DNA of 64,000 bases from an uncultured Methanoregulaceae archaeon (GCA_963701095.1 OY969564.1:2048001-2112000); one strand, 5' to 3'. Numbered from the stretch's first letter, positions 1 through 11,462 are shown. A program made the numbers and translations. Notes: generated by a model not told the origin, from the sequence alone.

Positions 1-178
1 CATCGCAGGTATCCATTTTTAAAGCTCCAATAGTGTGAGAGGACAGCTCTGATGTTACTTCACTATGCTTAGTACACGTTTCCTTTTTCAACTATTAATG
101 TTGCACATAATTAGTGCCAATCCCTCCAAATCACGAGAGGAATTTTAAATATAAAAAGGAAAAAAGGGAGAAGATGGT

Positions 179-628
179 TTAAACCAGTGCACTGATTTGC
201 TGCTGGCTGGTGATTCTGCGTTCTTTCCAGACAGCTGACGCCGGTTGTTCGGGGATTCGTGCGATAGTGGCATGACGCTCCCGGCCATAAATTGCTGATC
301 TGAGAGCCAAGAGCGAAACCGTGAAGTTTCCTGCTTCAAAGAGTTCGATATTGAGGGCTTTACCGGATCCCGAAACCTGTGCAAGACCGCAAATCGTACC
401 AAGGTAGTAATTCCATTCGTGCGCAAGTATCTCGACCTGGACGACAACTTGCCTCCCGGAGATCCCCCGTGACAAATCCCCCAGTCGGATTGCATATCTG
501 GCTCCCATGACATGCAATTCCACGACCTCGTGGAGTCTGCCTTCACTATCGATCGCCCTGCATCCTGTCCGCTGGATATAACCCGCTTTCTGCATCATAC
601 ACGACCACCTTCTGTCGTAATAATGCAT
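179..628 (-). CDS. hypothetical protein
   Basis: 149-aa ORF with globular-looking composition; no recognisable motif. Confidence 0.55.
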   Translation of the reverse strand: MHYYDRRWSCMMQKAGYIQRTGCRAIDSEGRLHEVVELHVMGARYAIRLGDLSRGISGRQVVVQVEILAHEWNYYLGTICGLAQVSGSGKALNIELFEAGNFTVSLLALRSAIYGRERHATIARIPEQPASAVWKERRITSQQQISALV

Positions 629-739
629 ATTTTCAAATCACTATATAATCCGGGGCCGTGTGCAGGGTGAAAGTGAAAAGAAAGGTGGTTCGATGATTAT
701 GGCAAACCTTTCTCTCGATAGAATATCTACTTCGGACAC

Positions 740-1870
740 TTAGGCCTTTTTATCCATGCAGGCATTCAAGACGTGCTCCATAAAATGGAGCGTGCCACCT
801 ATACCAACAAGTGGGGGATATGCAAGCCGGACCTGTCCCCGGAGAGGAGGGATTATACCCAAAAACGCTCTACCGGAGCTTAACGAACGCTCGAATGACG
901 ATCCAATCACGAGATCCGGTTCGAGTACGGTGATTGTATCTCTGACTTCTTCGAGTCCGGTTAGTCTTTCTACCCGGTAATCCATGTTGGGCAGTGCAGA
1001 AGGATCATTTCGTGTACCAACAACAAGAATCTGCGCATCAAGATACCGTTTCAGTGAATCGGCAGCGAAGAGAGCATAGGAAGCGCCCGCAAATACCACC
1101 ACTCCTGGTGGATCATACCGGCGAAGAAACTTATCGCAGGAATGGATTATTCGTTCTTCTTGTTTATCAATTTCATTAAAAACGGGATCCATATTGGCGC
1201 ATGTGTACCTTGCTGCTAGTTTTTTACAGGTTTCGCGAAGGACGGGTATACCCAGGGTTCCTCCTATGTATTCACCAACACCGGATTTAAAATCCTCATT
1301 AGTTCCAACAGTCAGCTGAGACGCCCGTCCGATATTCTCGGACGTGTCCCGGCAAAATATCGTGCCTATAGGTATCATGGCAGTGTGCAGGATTCGGGAA
1401 ATTTCCTGTACATTTCCCTCATAAAACGGATCAGATAGCGAGACGCCATCAATATTAATCCCTGGTCTCCCCGGATCTGTTACTGGAGAGAGCGCAGAAA
1501 GTGCAGTATGATACCCTGTTTCCATCTCCCCGACAAATCCGGGACTGTCGACAATAATAACGTCGTTATCATCGAGCAGTGATTCTATGTCTTCACCAAG
1601 AACTGACGGTACACAGGTTGTGACAACAGCAATCCTGTTGCCTTTATTGGACAGGTCACCTATAACCTCGCGAAGCCGATTTCCAGACCCGAAAATCACC
1701 TCATTTTCAAGAATAAAGGTTCCATGCAGGGGTGCATGCAGCAGGGTCGCCGGATAATAATAGCACCCGCTGGAGCCATGGATAACGACCGTGATACCTT
1801 CAAAACCAGCGAGGCACGCCGCGGCACCAGTCATGGCACAGGGCCACAATGGCGTTATGCAATCAGGCAT
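740..1870 (-). CDS. nitrogenase component-1-like oxidoreductase subunit (short, K-like)
   Basis: WPCAMTGA...HGSSGC...TTCVPSVLGED three-Cys Fe-S motif; overlaps the upstream paralog. Confidence 0.85.
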   Translation of the reverse strand: MPDCITPLWPCAMTGAAACLAGFEGITVVIHGSSGCYYYPATLLHAPLHGTFILENEVIFGSGNRLREVIGDLSNKGNRIAVVTTCVPSVLGEDIESLLDDNDVIIVDSPGFVGEMETGYHTALSALSPVTDPGRPGINIDGVSLSDPFYEGNVQEISRILHTAMIPIGTIFCRDTSENIGRASQLTVGTNEDFKSGVGEYIGGTLGIPVLRETCKKLAARYTCANMDPVFNEIDKQEERIIHSCDKFLRRYDPPGVVVFAGASYALFAADSLKRYLDAQILVVGTRNDPSALPNMDYRVERLTGLEEVRDTITVLEPDLVIGSSFERSLSSGRAFLGIIPPLRGQVRLAYPPLVGIGGTLHFMEHVLNACMDKKA

Positions 1871-2903
1871 GAAGGACCCTCCTCCACCTGTGGAGCATTC
1901 TCCGTATACCGGTGATTCCTATGGGAGCCGTAACTGGTATCGGTACCGGGCGCCCCAAGGGTGTGATTTCGAGCATCAGGACACGAGCAACGTCATAAGC
2001 TATCTGGCTCCCTTCTGGATCCCGGGGAGAAGGAGAAAAAAAGATACCGGCGCCGGTAATATCCTCAAAATCGTCGAATGTTTCTGATGTCAGTGCGCGC
2101 TCGTCAGCAACAGCTTGCCGGGGATCTATGCTGCAGGCATCGGCAACCGATTCGAGGAAAGCGATAGTACCGGAGATCCCTACAGGAAAAGCAGGGATAT
2201 AAGGTGTCTTGAAACGTTCTTTGAGATATTCTCCAACTGGGATAAGTGATGGATCACGGAGTATATTGAGCCGCGCTGCACCGAGCGTAGCAATTTGGGT
2301 TGTAGTAAGGTCATGGACAAACCGTATATTTACGGATAGGCCAAGAAGGGAAAGTAATCGGGAGACCTCGGTGAAATTTTCGTCGACTTCATATTCCAGA
2401 TTTTTCTCTCCTATGATGTTTACTTTTCCGTTCCCCTGGGTTGGTTCTGCCATACCGGCAAGTGCGATGAGTGCATTATTGACACCAATCTGGAAAGATC
2501 CCCCAAGGAATCCGGCTGTCGGTACTACGAAAACCGGCGTTCCAGATTTCGTGCTGCATACCATCCCGACGTCATCGCCGATGGTGTCTACAATGCAGGT
2601 CGAGAGCACAAAAACAGCCCCTGGTCTGCGTGCGATTACGGTATCGAGGGCGCGGTCAAGAACTGCCTCTCCACCGAATATCACATCAGATTCCGAAAGT
2701 CCGGTTGAAATGAGCGGGGGAAGTGAGATAAAATCGTTATCGAGACTCGTGGCATGCAGGAGCGAAAAATTGTGATGCGTACATCCTCCGGGGCCGTGAA
2801 CAACGGTTATCGCGTCGCTGACATGGGTTGTTACTGTGAGTGCCCCGGTGAGGGTACACCCCGCCGACCTACATGAATTCGATAGCAAGGGCTTCAAGAT
2901 CAT
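1863..2903 (-). CDS. nitrogenase component-1-like oxidoreductase subunit (short, D-like)
   Basis: GCTLTGA...HGPGGC...[11 protein letters not shown] motif; start placed at MILKPLL and uncertain. Confidence 0.85.
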   Translation of the reverse strand: MILKPLLSNSCRSAGCTLTGALTVTTHVSDAITVVHGPGGCTHHNFSLLHATSLDNDFISLPPLISTGLSESDVIFGGEAVLDRALDTVIARRPGAVFVLSTCIVDTIGDDVGMVCSTKSGTPVFVVPTAGFLGGSFQIGVNNALIALAGMAEPTQGNGKVNIIGEKNLEYEVDENFTEVSRLLSLLGLSVNIRFVHDLTTTQIATLGAARLNILRDPSLIPVGEYLKERFKTPYIPAFPVGISGTIAFLESVADACSIDPRQAVADERALTSETFDDFEDITGAGIFFSPSPRDPEGSQIAYDVARVLMLEITPLGRPVPIPVTAPIGITGIRRMLHRWRRVLHA

Positions 2904-3681
2904 CAATCTCAAGCGGCGTCGGGATAGTAAATTGAGTGTTCTCCATAACCCGAGTAGCAAGATCCCGGTACACATTTGCCTGAGCGGAGTCGGGTTCGTA
3001 CTCGATCACTGTTTTACGGTTCAGCTCAGCCAGCTGCACGGAGCGATCACGGGGAATAAACTGGGTAAGATTGCTGTTTACCCGGCGGGCAAATTCAGAT
3101 ACGAGTTCTTCTTCCCGCGGCTGGTTTTTTGCATTACAGATCACTCCGGCAAGACGACACCTGCTTTTTGGCCGGGCGCTCAGGCGCAGGATCGCTTTAC
3201 AGATATTATTGGCCGCGTAAAGGGACATGAGCTCACCTGAAGTAATGAGATAAACTTCCTGCGCATATCCCTCCCTCATCGGCATAGCAAACCCCCCGCA
3301 GACAACATCGCCGAGCACATCATAGACAATAACGTCGCCCGTAAGTGTTCCAAATTTCTCCAGCAATTGAAATGTAGCGATGATCCCCCGACCGGCGCAG
3401 CCGACACCAGGCTCTGGTCCTCCAGCCTCAACACAACGGATCCTGTTAAATCCGGTGTAGACCACATCGGATGGTGTTACGAACTCGGTTCCCCGCTCCC
3501 GGACAAGATCCATCACGGTCGGAATAAACTTCCCCTGCATCAGCATACGGGTGCTATCTCGCTTGGGATCGCACCCGATCTGAAGAACATCATACCCTGC
3601 GCATGAGAGGGCTGCGGAGAGGTTTGCTGATGTTGTGGACTTTCCGATCCCTCCCTTTCCATACAGGGCGATCTGTTTCAT
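2869..3681 (-). CDS. NifH-like nitrogenase iron protein
   Basis: [11 protein letters not shown]alker [14 protein letters not shown] and [11 protein letters not shown]. Confidence 0.93.
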   Translation of the reverse strand: MKQIALYGKGGIGKSTTSANLSAALSCAGYDVLQIGCDPKRDSTRMLMQGKFIPTVMDLVRERGTEFVTPSDVVYTGFNRIRCVEAGGPEPGVGCAGRGIIATFQLLEKFGTLTGDVIVYDVLGDVVCGGFAMPMREGYAQEVYLITSGELMSLYAANNICKAILRLSARPKSRCRLAGVICNAKNQPREEELVSEFARRVNSNLTQFIPRDRSVQLAELNRKTVIEYEPDSAQANVYRDLATRVMENTQFTIPTPLEIDDLEALAIEFM

Positions 3682-3819
3682 AGCCGTACTATTGGATGGT
3701 AGTTTATATTAGATCTCCCGATGTTAACAAAAGTAGATTTGTTTTTGGATCCTTTTTAAGGCAAAAACTTTGTACTCAGGCTCTTAACATAAAAAACGAA
3801 AAATATGGATTCAGCCGTA

Positions 3820-4198
3820 TTATTGCTTGTTGGTCCAGAGTCCATGAACACTGCAGAATTCCCGGGCTTTGACATTTACATCACTGATCGGGAATTCAGC
3901 ATCGGGTTTCTCCCCGTCGGAGCCACCGGATATATGCATTATTTCCTGAACGGACCTCAATCCATTGGATATAGTGTTTTTCTTCCATCGGATGGGGAAC
4001 TGATCCAACTTTGACGAGAATACCTCCCGCTGTTTTCTCGATGACCGGAACGTGCTTCTCTTTACCCTGATCAGCGGTTTTTTCCTGCTGGAGAGCCATC
4101 GGTTTCCCGCAACATACCATAGTGCCACCAGATGCTCCGACAACCATTACGGTGTTTCCGCATACTTCGCACTTGTAAACCTCGAAGAGTTTTGTCAT
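3820..4198 (-). CDS. dfx: desulfoferrodoxin / superoxide reductase (1-nt frameshift near 3910)
   Basis: YKCEVCGN...MVCCGKPM, EKHVP, PHPMEEKHYI; the C-terminal REFCSVHGLW lies in the adjacent frame. Confidence 0.9.
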
Positions 4199-4214
4199 TT
4201 TAGTTGCTCCGCCT

Positions 4215-5399
4215 TTACATGATGTTAATCTCTTTATGCTTTTTTAAGATTTCGTCTGCAAGCCTATCGAGGGCCTGCATAGTTGCTTCATCCGGCTCAC
4301 CAAGCACCATCACCGGTGGGATTACATCGACATTAACATGGTCAAGCATCTTGGTAATCATTTCAGCGCTCTTACCCCCCCATCCAAAGGAGCCAATCAC
4401 GGACGCAAACCGGGTTTTGGGCCTTAAAACATTGACAAGATATGTTGCTGAAACGACTGACGGATGAGGGCCGAAAAGGACGGTAGGTGTTGCGATAACG
4501 ATTGTAGCTGCGTCCACCAGGGAATAAGCTAATTCGCCTATATCTGTATGGGTGAGGTTGTATGGCTTGACAACAATACCCCGGGCAATAAGCGCACCGG
4601 TGAGGTGATCCACCATTTTCGCCGTGCTTCCGTGCATGGAAATATACGGTATTATTACTTCATTTTTAACCGTTTCCGATACCCACTCTTCGTAGGCGTC
4701 AAGAATAAACCGGGGGTTTCTATTGACCGGGCCGTGGCTTGGTGCAATCATAACCGGGGAGATCTTACGGACCTTCTCAACGTAACTTTTAATACTCCCA
4801 CGGAACGGCATCATGATTTCGGCATAGTACCGTTTTGCAGAACGGTACGCCCATGCATCATCTGTAATAAATAATTCGGTTGTCGCTGCATGGAATCCGA
4901 AGAGATCGCAGGAAAAAAGAATTTTATCCTCCTCAAGGAACGTGATCTGGGTTTCAGGCCAGTGCGTCCAGGGTGTAATAAAAAACCGGAGGGTCCGGTC
5001 ACCAAGCGAAAGGGTCTCGCCTTCTGTAATAATAACAAAACGTTCCTGCGGGATATGCAACAGAGCAATAAGAAGATCCCTGCATTTTGCATTCGTCACC
5101 ACTTTCGCATCCGGGTAAAATTCAAGGATCATCGGGAGGGCACCGGAGTGGTCCTGTTCGGCATGGTTGACAACGATATAATCGATGACTTCCAAGCCCA
5201 ATTTTACAAGATTCGAAATAAGATCATATTCCTTAGAAGGATCAACTGTGTCGATAAGTGCAGTTTTCTTGCTGCCCCTTATAAGATATGCATTATAACT
5301 TGTCCCTTCCGGTAATGGAATCAATTCATCGAAAATCCGCCGGTCAAAATCGTACGCCCCGACAGCATATATTCCGGTAACAAGTTCACGGGAGACCAT
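4215..5399 (-). CDS. fprA: flavodiiron protein (FprA, A-type flavoprotein)
   Basis: GTSYNAYLI, NHAEQDHSG, HWPET, SCDLFG, PSHG and a flavodoxin domain (SMHGST, GSFGWGG). Confidence 0.92.
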   Translation of the reverse strand: MVSRELVTGIYAVGAYDFDRRIFDELIPLPEGTSYNAYLIRGSKKTALIDTVDPSKEYDLISNLVKLGLEVIDYIVVNHAEQDHSGALPMILEFYPDAKVVTNAKCRDLLIALLHIPQERFVIITEGETLSLGDRTLRFFITPWTHWPETQITFLEEDKILFSCDLFGFHAATTELFITDDAWAYRSAKRYYAEIMMPFRGSIKSYVEKVRKISPVMIAPSHGPVNRNPRFILDAYEEWVSETVKNEVIIPYISMHGSTAKMVDHLTGALIARGIVVKPYNLTHTDIGELAYSLVDAATIVIATPTVLFGPHPSVVSATYLVNVLRPKTRFASVIGSFGWGGKSAEMITKMLDHVNVDVIPPVMVLGEPDEATMQALDRLADEILKKHKEINIM

Positions 5400-5475
5400 A
5401 ACAACCACCAGCATTTATCTTATATTTGAATAACCGTTTTGATATTACTCAAAAAGAAAGGAAGGACGAGGCCTC

Positions 5476-5985
5476 CTATTGAATAATTCCCCAGCCGGGA
5501 AGACCTGAATTCAACAGTACAATCTGCAGGTTGGCATAGCAGATAATCAGCGTCAGGATTAAACAGGGGACAAGGAAAAATACCGGCTTAACCGCAGACC
5601 GAAGAATTTGGAGTATTGTGCAGAACAACACAACATTGACCATCACCGTTATCACGAAAGCAAAAAAAAGCGCCTGCAAATAAAAAAAAGCAACAAACCA
5701 GAATAAGAACACCGCTAGTGTGAACAGGAAAAGATTGAACGCAGCTTTAATATCAGCATGTTTGAATCCGGCAATCCATATATAATAAAGTGAAAGGCCA
5801 AAAAGACAGAAAATGAGTATGATCCCATAAAAAACAATTAAATCCGAAGGAAGAAACCCGGGTTTTTTCAGGGTGGAGTACCACCCGGGAATAGAAGTGG
5901 TGAAGAAATAAAGAGCGATATAGCCGGGAATGAGACAGGCAACCAGAGAGGCAATAAGTTTGATAGCATGATCCCCGGATTTCAT
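5476..5985 (-). CDS. TspO/MBR family membrane protein
   Basis: WYSTLKKPGFLP motif and about five hydrophobic helices. Confidence 0.75.
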   Translation of the reverse strand: MKSGDHAIKLIASLVACLIPGYIALYFFTTSIPGWYSTLKKPGFLPSDLIVFYGIILIFCLFGLSLYYIWIAGFKHADIKAAFNLFLFTLAVFLFWFVAFFYLQALFFAFVITVMVNVVLFCTILQILRSAVKPVFFLVPCLILTLIICYANLQIVLLNSGLPGWGIIQ

Positions 5986-6090
5986 TTATAAGGGGATATT
6001 ATTTCTGTCAGAGATATAAAGATTGTTAAACTTTCTGGAGAATGGTTTTTACTCAGATTTCGGCATTACGGATTATAACAGCTGAAAAAA

Positions 6091-7074
6091 TTATGCGGTG
6101 GAATTATTGATAGTAAACGCGGAGCCTGCTGATCCCATCGTACCGTCCGTAGTTATCGCATTAACATTATACACGCCAAAGGGAGCTGTATCGGGTATTG
6201 CGAGAGTACAGCTGACAGAGGTAGAAGACGGTTCGGGGTTTGTACAGGAAACCTGTGTTAAACCGTCGGATGAAACCAAGGTAACAATTGCTACATTCCC
6301 GAGTGTTTGTCCATGAACTGTCAGCGTATACGACCCTCCCTGATTTCCACTCGTAGGATTGATACTGCTGATAACTGGTGTCGGCAATCCTATAGTAAAA
6401 GCTGTCATGGATGATCTGCCGTCGGGATTAGTTATTTTGACATTTGCCGGGCCTGCATTTACGTTATTTATATTAATTGTACCGGAAATTTGCGTGGAGG
6501 TAACCGAAACGCCTGTGGCAACGATTGGCTGGAAACCTGCCTGGACCAGCTGCAAAGTTGCTCCGTTCTGGAAATTCGTCCCGGTAAGAGTGACAGAAAC
6601 ACTCGAATCCAACGATCCTGTGGTGGGAGAAACCGCACTCACTAGTGGACCGCTTCCTGTAAGCGTGGTGGTGACCGTGGTCGGGATGGTAACTGTCGCG
6701 ACTGGTACAGATGAGACCGAAACCTGAGTAAGTAAGTCGGGATATATTTTCTCCATATCTGCCCGGGGGAAATTTTCCTGATCGCCGGTAACCTGGTTCC
6801 AGGAGCCATCAGGATTTTTCACTACTTGAACACGGGTGTACAGGTCTGAATTCGGATCATAGGAAATAATCATCCATAGGGGAGCTGATGCATTGTTTGT
6901 TACAATATCTCCCGCCGAATATTTTGATTCAGTCTGGGTAGTGACCTTTGCAATTGTCGTGGTCGTTGAGGTCGAGTCTGAACAACCGGCGAGAAAAATA
7001 CAGAGTAAAAGAATAAGAACAGACACGAGGCCATAATAAAATTTTTCGGTCATATCATACCGTTCTGCATCCAA
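6091..7074 (-). CDS. lipoprotein with two IPT/TIG Ig-like domains
   Basis: LAGC lipobox, Thr-rich linkers, repeated P-x-(V/I)-S-x-(V/I)-x-P-T-x-G...V-T-L-T-G units. Confidence 0.8.
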   Translation of the reverse strand: MDAERYDMTEKFYYGLVSVLILLLCIFLAGCSDSTSTTTTIAKVTTQTESKYSAGDIVTNNASAPLWMIISYDPNSDLYTRVQVVKNPDGSWNQVTGDQENFPRADMEKIYPDLLTQVSVSSVPVATVTIPTTVTTTLTGSGPLVSAVSPTTGSLDSSVSVTLTGTNFQNGATLQLVQAGFQPIVATGVSVTSTQISGTININNVNAGPANVKITNPDGRSSMTAFTIGLPTPVISSINPTSGNQGGSYTLTVHGQTLGNVAIVTLVSSDGLTQVSCTNPEPSSTSVSCTLAIPDTAPFGVYNVNAITTDGTMGSAGSAFTINNSTA

Positions 7075-7121
7075 ATTGATAAAAATTTTGATTAAAAAGA
7101 TAATTCTGTTCAGAACCTATC

Positions 7122-7985
7122 CTATTTTTCTGGCAATACAACCGTTCTGTAATGCCGGGAAAAATACCAATGGATTCCCGCAAGAATACCTATGACAAGG
7201 AATCCACATAAAACTACAACCGGGTTGAAGGTATTGAGATATTCCGGATCTATCCGGGTATTTAGTAGAATCATAAGACATGATGTGACAACTATAACTG
7301 TCGCATAGACATCACGGAAAGCAAAGAAAAAAAGTGCAGAAACCAGACCTGCTGCGAAGAACCCGGAAAAGATCTGCCGAAAATCCGGGCCTGTAAAAAG
7401 AATTGACATGGAAAGGGCAAAAATGAGAGCCGTTATCAGCGTTCCGGTACAGATAGAAATTATTGCTCCTCCATGGCGAACATAGGCCTGGATATGTGTC
7501 CCTATCAATACCCAGCATATCATTACCGCCGCGACAGCAGTCGGTAGGAAAAAGATAAAGAGTATTATCGCCCCCGCACGATCTGGTCCCACCGCATCTC
7601 CTGTCAAAACAAAGAACGTGTATCCGGCAAGTGCAGTAATGCCGACAGCGGTCACAGTCCGGCGTACCGATCGGAACCCGATCTGAAACATGTTGATCGC
7701 ACCCGAAAGAAAAGCTGCCTTGATTCGCAGAACAGGAACAATGATTCCCATAAGCCCACACGAAAGTACCGTGAAGAATACTAGCCCCGGAAAACTGGCT
7801 TTGGAAAAAAGATGGGGAGTTACAGCAAGAAGAAAATTCTCCAGCTGCCAGATGATTGCGATAATAAAGGGTATGATGATCAACGTCAGCGGGGAAGAAT
7901 TGCGTATCCCCCGATGGGGACCCTCTTCACCTCTTATTCCGGTATTATCCATTTTTATTCTTCCTTGAATACCCCGGATCCTCAA
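7122..7985 (-). CDS. multi-pass membrane protein
   Basis: about eight hydrophobic segments. Confidence 0.7.
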   Translation of the reverse strand: MRIRGIQGRIKMDNTGIRGEEGPHRGIRNSSPLTLIIIPFIIAIIWQLENFLLAVTPHLFSKASFPGLVFFTVLSCGLMGIIVPVLRIKAAFLSGAINMFQIGFRSVRRTVTAVGITALAGYTFFVLTGDAVGPDRAGAIILFIFFLPTAVAAVMICWVLIGTHIQAYVRHGGAIISICTGTLITALIFALSMSILFTGPDFRQIFSGFFAAGLVSALFFFAFRDVYATVIVVTSCLMILLNTRIDPEYLNTFNPVVVLCGFLVIGILAGIHWYFSRHYRTVVLPEK

Positions 7986-8030
7986 AATTATAGCCCGGGA
8001 TCACTGTACGAGACAGTGCCGGGATAGTAA

Positions 8031-8879
8031 TCACTTTGATGCTTCAAAAAAGTCGTGGATCCGGTGCATACGTTCTTCGACAGGAAGATTGCGGAGGGGG
8101 TTACGATCATTAAAAGTGGGGAGGGACTTTTCATAGAACACCCCCAATGAGATTGGTGTATCGCGGTTGTAATCCCATTCCCGTGCTTTTGCACATGCCA
8201 TAGCAAAATCACCGGCATTGTGACCTGTCAGATCGTATACTCTTTGCCCATAGTATTCAGTCATGTTGAAGAAGCTGGCGCATATCTGAAGGACATCGAT
8301 AAAGGCAAAACCTTTGTGCATAATCCCTTGCTGGATTAATTGAGCCAGCTGCGGCATCTTTCTGGTATAGCCCCGGGCGATATATGTGGCACCGCTTGCA
8401 AGCATTAATTCTAACGGATTGAAGGGATACTCAGTCGTTCCTGCCGGAGTAGATTTTCCCCGGAAACCAAGCGGAGATGTGGGCGTGTATTGCCCTGTAG
8501 TAAGGCCGTAGACCCGGTTGTTATGAACTATCATCGTAATATCGATATTCCTTTTTGCTGCAAAGATTAGGTGGTCAAGTCCCTCCGCGTACGCGTCCCC
8601 GTCACCAGCGCTGCAGAGGACCGTAAGTCGGGGATTGGCGAGTTTTATCCCGGTAGCAACCGGGATCGTTCTTCCATGTATTGCATAAACGCTGTTAATA
8701 TTGAGATAATCAGCAATCTTTGCATGACACCCGATGCCGGAGACCAGCACTACATCATCAAGAGAGTGACCCTCCTTTTCAAGGCTGGAGAGGATATCCT
8801 TGAGCGTATGCTGGATTGCGAAATTCCCACATCCTGGACACCATGTGTTCTGCACAGGAGTAATCAGATTCCGTGTCAT
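8031..8879 (-). CDS. 2-oxoacid:ferredoxin oxidoreductase beta subunit
   Basis: WCPGCG, SGIGC, GDGD...NN TPP-binding motif, YGLTTGQ. Confidence 0.93.
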   Translation of the reverse strand: MTRNLITPVQNTWCPGCGNFAIQHTLKDILSSLEKEGHSLDDVVLVSGIGCHAKIADYLNINSVYAIHGRTIPVATGIKLANPRLTVLCSAGDGDAYAEGLDHLIFAAKRNIDITMIVHNNRVYGLTTGQYTPTSPLGFRGKSTPAGTTEYPFNPLELMLASGATYIARGYTRKMPQLAQLIQQGIMHKGFAFIDVLQICASFFNMTEYYGQRVYDLTGHNAGDFAMACAKAREWDYNRDTPISLGVFYEKSLPTFNDRNPLRNLPVEERMHRIHDFFEASK

Positions 8880-10531
8880 GGTGCCACTACCTCCAGAACT
8901 TTCACAAACAGTTCATCCGGAGTAAACGGTCGACCATCATACTTGAGAATGGTTGCCCCAACCCCGTTGCCATGCTCACGGACAAGTGCCGCTAACTGGC
9001 CGGTTGCATTTTCTTCGACCGCTATCAACCGTTGTACTCCCTGGCAAGCGACAGAAAACTGCTGTTCTGGGAACGGTGACAACACAACTGGTTGAATAAC
9101 CCGCAAACCCAACCGCGCTGCAACTTCGTCACAAGCATTGCGGACCGAACCCCAACAGAGAAGGGCCGTAGTTGCACCAGCAGATCCTCTAACATTTATG
9201 CAGGGATACAGGTTCAGTTCTTCTTTGAGTTTCGCCTCTTTTTTCCGGCGTTTCTCCGTCATCTGTGTTACTATCTTCGCTTCTTCTGTAGTTATCCCCC
9301 CCTCATCATGCGCATAGCTATTCACTTTGACAATCGCATCTTTCCCGCCAGGGAAAGCGAGCGGAGATATCCCGGACGGTGTGTCGCGATATCTCAAGTA
9401 GGGAGCGTCGCCGTCCCAGAGAACGGGATCCGCTACCGGCAGATTACCAAGCTGGTTATTATCGACACTATAGGTCCCCTCTGAAAGTGTTTTATCAAGG
9501 AGAATAAATGCCGGAATCTGGTATTTCCAGGAAAGGCGGATCGCAGCCGCAGACCAGAGATAAGCCTCACCAGGATCGGCAGGCGCCGCGACAAATCGGG
9601 GAAACTCACCCTGTCCCGCATGCAGGACAAAATTAAGATCCGCCTGGCCCGTGTACGTCGGCAGGCCGGTAGATGGGCCGGTCCTCTGGGAAACTACAAT
9701 AACTATCGGGATTTCTGCCATAGCCGCAAATGAAAGTCCTTCAGTCATCAGACAAAAACCGCCCCCGGAAGATCCAATGGCAGTTCTTGCCCCGGCGACA
9801 GCGCTGCCCAGTGCCATTAGAATGACAGCAATCTCGTTCTCCGGGTGGACGACTGTTATCCCGAATCGTTCTGCATTCCCGGCAAGGAAGTGAAGTAGGG
9901 TTGAAGCAGGAGTCATTGGGTACGCAATATATGAAGAAAGCCCCCCGGCTACAAGACCGAGTCCGATTGCCTCATTACCAGAGAGAAGGCTGTGTGCCGG
10001 GCCGGGAATAGCTGATATTGGCCGGGTAGTTTTTGTCTGATCGTACGCCCTCCGGGCAATACGGCTATTCTCCTCTGCCTTAGGCATATGCAAACGAAAT
10101 ACTTCGTCGACAATTTCCCATGGAATGCCAGCAGATTTTGCAAAAGCACCAATCATTGCAGAGTTTGCGGTAATTGGTGCGGCAGATTCCTCCTTAAGAA
10201 TAGCATTTACCGAAACGTTCTGGCCGTTTTGCACTGATTTTACCAGGTCCGCATTTGCTACTACCGTGCAATCAGGGCATTGGGGGAGATGCAGGTTGAG
10301 TGTTTCCTGGTTGAGTGCCACCAGATAGTCGATATGGTTATTGTAAGCGCCGACAGGAATGTCTGCCGCACGTATCAGTGCATAATTATGTCCGCCGCGG
10401 ATAAGCGAAGGATAGTCTGTATATATATAGACATAATAGCCGAGATGGTTGAAAAGCTGGGCAATAATCGCCCCTGCATTATTGATCCCATCCCCCGCCT
10501 TGCCACCAACGATTACGGAAACCTCCTTCAT
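8876..10531 (-). CDS. 2-oxoacid:ferredoxin oxidoreductase alpha subunit (gamma-alpha fusion)
   Basis: GGKAGDG, IRGGHN, GNEA, YPMTP, ENEIA, GPSTGLPT. Confidence 0.93.
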   Translation of the reverse strand: MKEVSVIVGGKAGDGINNAGAIIAQLFNHLGYYVYIYTDYPSLIRGGHNYALIRAADIPVGAYNNHIDYLVALNQETLNLHLPQCPDCTVVANADLVKSVQNGQNVSVNAILKEESAAPITANSAMIGAFAKSAGIPWEIVDEVFRLHMPKAEENSRIARRAYDQTKTTRPISAIPGPAHSLLSGNEAIGLGLVAGGLSSYIAYPMTPASTLLHFLAGNAERFGITVVHPENEIAVILMALGSAVAGARTAIGSSGGGFCLMTEGLSFAAMAEIPIVIVVSQRTGPSTGLPTYTGQADLNFVLHAGQGEFPRFVAAPADPGEAYLWSAAAIRLSWKYQIPAFILLDKTLSEGTYSVDNNQLGNLPVADPVLWDGDAPYLRYRDTPSGISPLAFPGGKDAIVKVNSYAHDEGGITTEEAKIVTQMTEKRRKKEAKLKEELNLYPCINVRGSAGATTALLCWGSVRNACDEVAARLGLRVIQPVVLSPFPEQQFSVACQGVQRLIAVEENATGQLAALVREHGNGVGATILKYDGRPFTPDELFVKVLEVVAP

Positions 10532-10623
10532 ACACCGTCCTCTTCTTCTCTGATGTTTCCGGGAACGGTAAATATTTTGGGATAATGACGGTCTTTAAAG
10601 GTATATAATTCTGATAAAAAAGA

Positions 10624-11013
10624 TCATTTTCTGTTGATCATGCTTTCAAGCAGTGTTTTCATCTCATTTATCCGGTACGGTTTTGTCAGCCTGCCGGAAA
10701 AACCGTAGCTGGCGAAATCCTGCATGACCGGGTCATTAGTATATCCGCTTGATACAACAGCTTTTACTTCAGGATCGAATTGAAGAAGTTTTTGTATCGT
10801 CTCCTCCCCTCCCATCCCCTCAGGAATGGTAAGATCAATAATAACGAGATCGAAAGGCCGGCCCGCTTTTTTTTCCTGTGCGTACAACTCAATTGCCGCT
10901 CCGCCCTCCCGTGCAAATGCAGCATCGTACCCAAGGAACCGGAGCACCTCCCGGGAAACATCAAGAATGATCTCCTCATCATCAACCAGGAGCACTCTCC
11001 CTTTATCCGCCAT
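10624..11013 (-). CDS. stand-alone response regulator receiver
   Basis: VLLVDDE, DLVIIDLTIP, SSGY, KP motifs. Confidence 0.9.
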   Translation of the reverse strand: MADKGRVLLVDDEEIILDVSREVLRFLGYDAAFAREGGAAIELYAQEKKAGRPFDLVIIDLTIPEGMGGEETIQKLLQFDPEVKAVVSSGYTNDPVMQDFASYGFSGRLTKPYRINEMKTLLESMINRK

Positions 11014-11177
11014 GCCTTTCCCCTTTTGTTTTATACTTCACATGGGTGAACTATATATTTATCCCGTCGCAGCTTTATAGTTCTGAAATTTATCGGAGCA
11101 GGTCTTCAATCATATGCGAGGATGATTCCCGTATGGCTTAGTGCAGCTATTTTTAAAATCGTACTCTTCAGATAGAT

Positions 11178-11462
11178 TTATTTTTTGACCTTTTTCAATG
11201 ACCTCAACCTTGCTGCCTCTTCTGCATCCTGCACCCTCAACAGGAATGTTCCATGGCAGGGCTTTGTATACGGGAATATTACATAATCGCCATCAAGTCC
11301 AACGGCGATCGGAGGAACACCAATTGTGTGCACGTCAAATATCTTGAATCCGGGTTCGACATCGATTGATTCTGAAAAGTGGCTCTTGATGTACTCCCGG
11401 CACTCTTTGAACGACGCGTCGCGAATCAATATCTCGTAATTGAGCTCTTCTACGCAGCCCAT
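11178..11462 (-). CDS. DUF1894-like methanogen protein
   Basis: MGCVEELNYEI...IGVPPI...YTKPCHGTF. Confidence 0.7.
   Translation of the reverse strand: MGCVEELNYEILIRDASFKECREYIKSHFSESIDVEPGFKIFDVHTIGVPPIAVGLDGDYVIFPYTKPCHGTFLLRVQDAEEAARLRSLKKVKK

Noticed and set aside
740..3681. bona fide nitrogen fixation cluster
   Set aside because: The subunits are too short, no FeMo-co ligand region is evident and there are no nifENB or nifI genes
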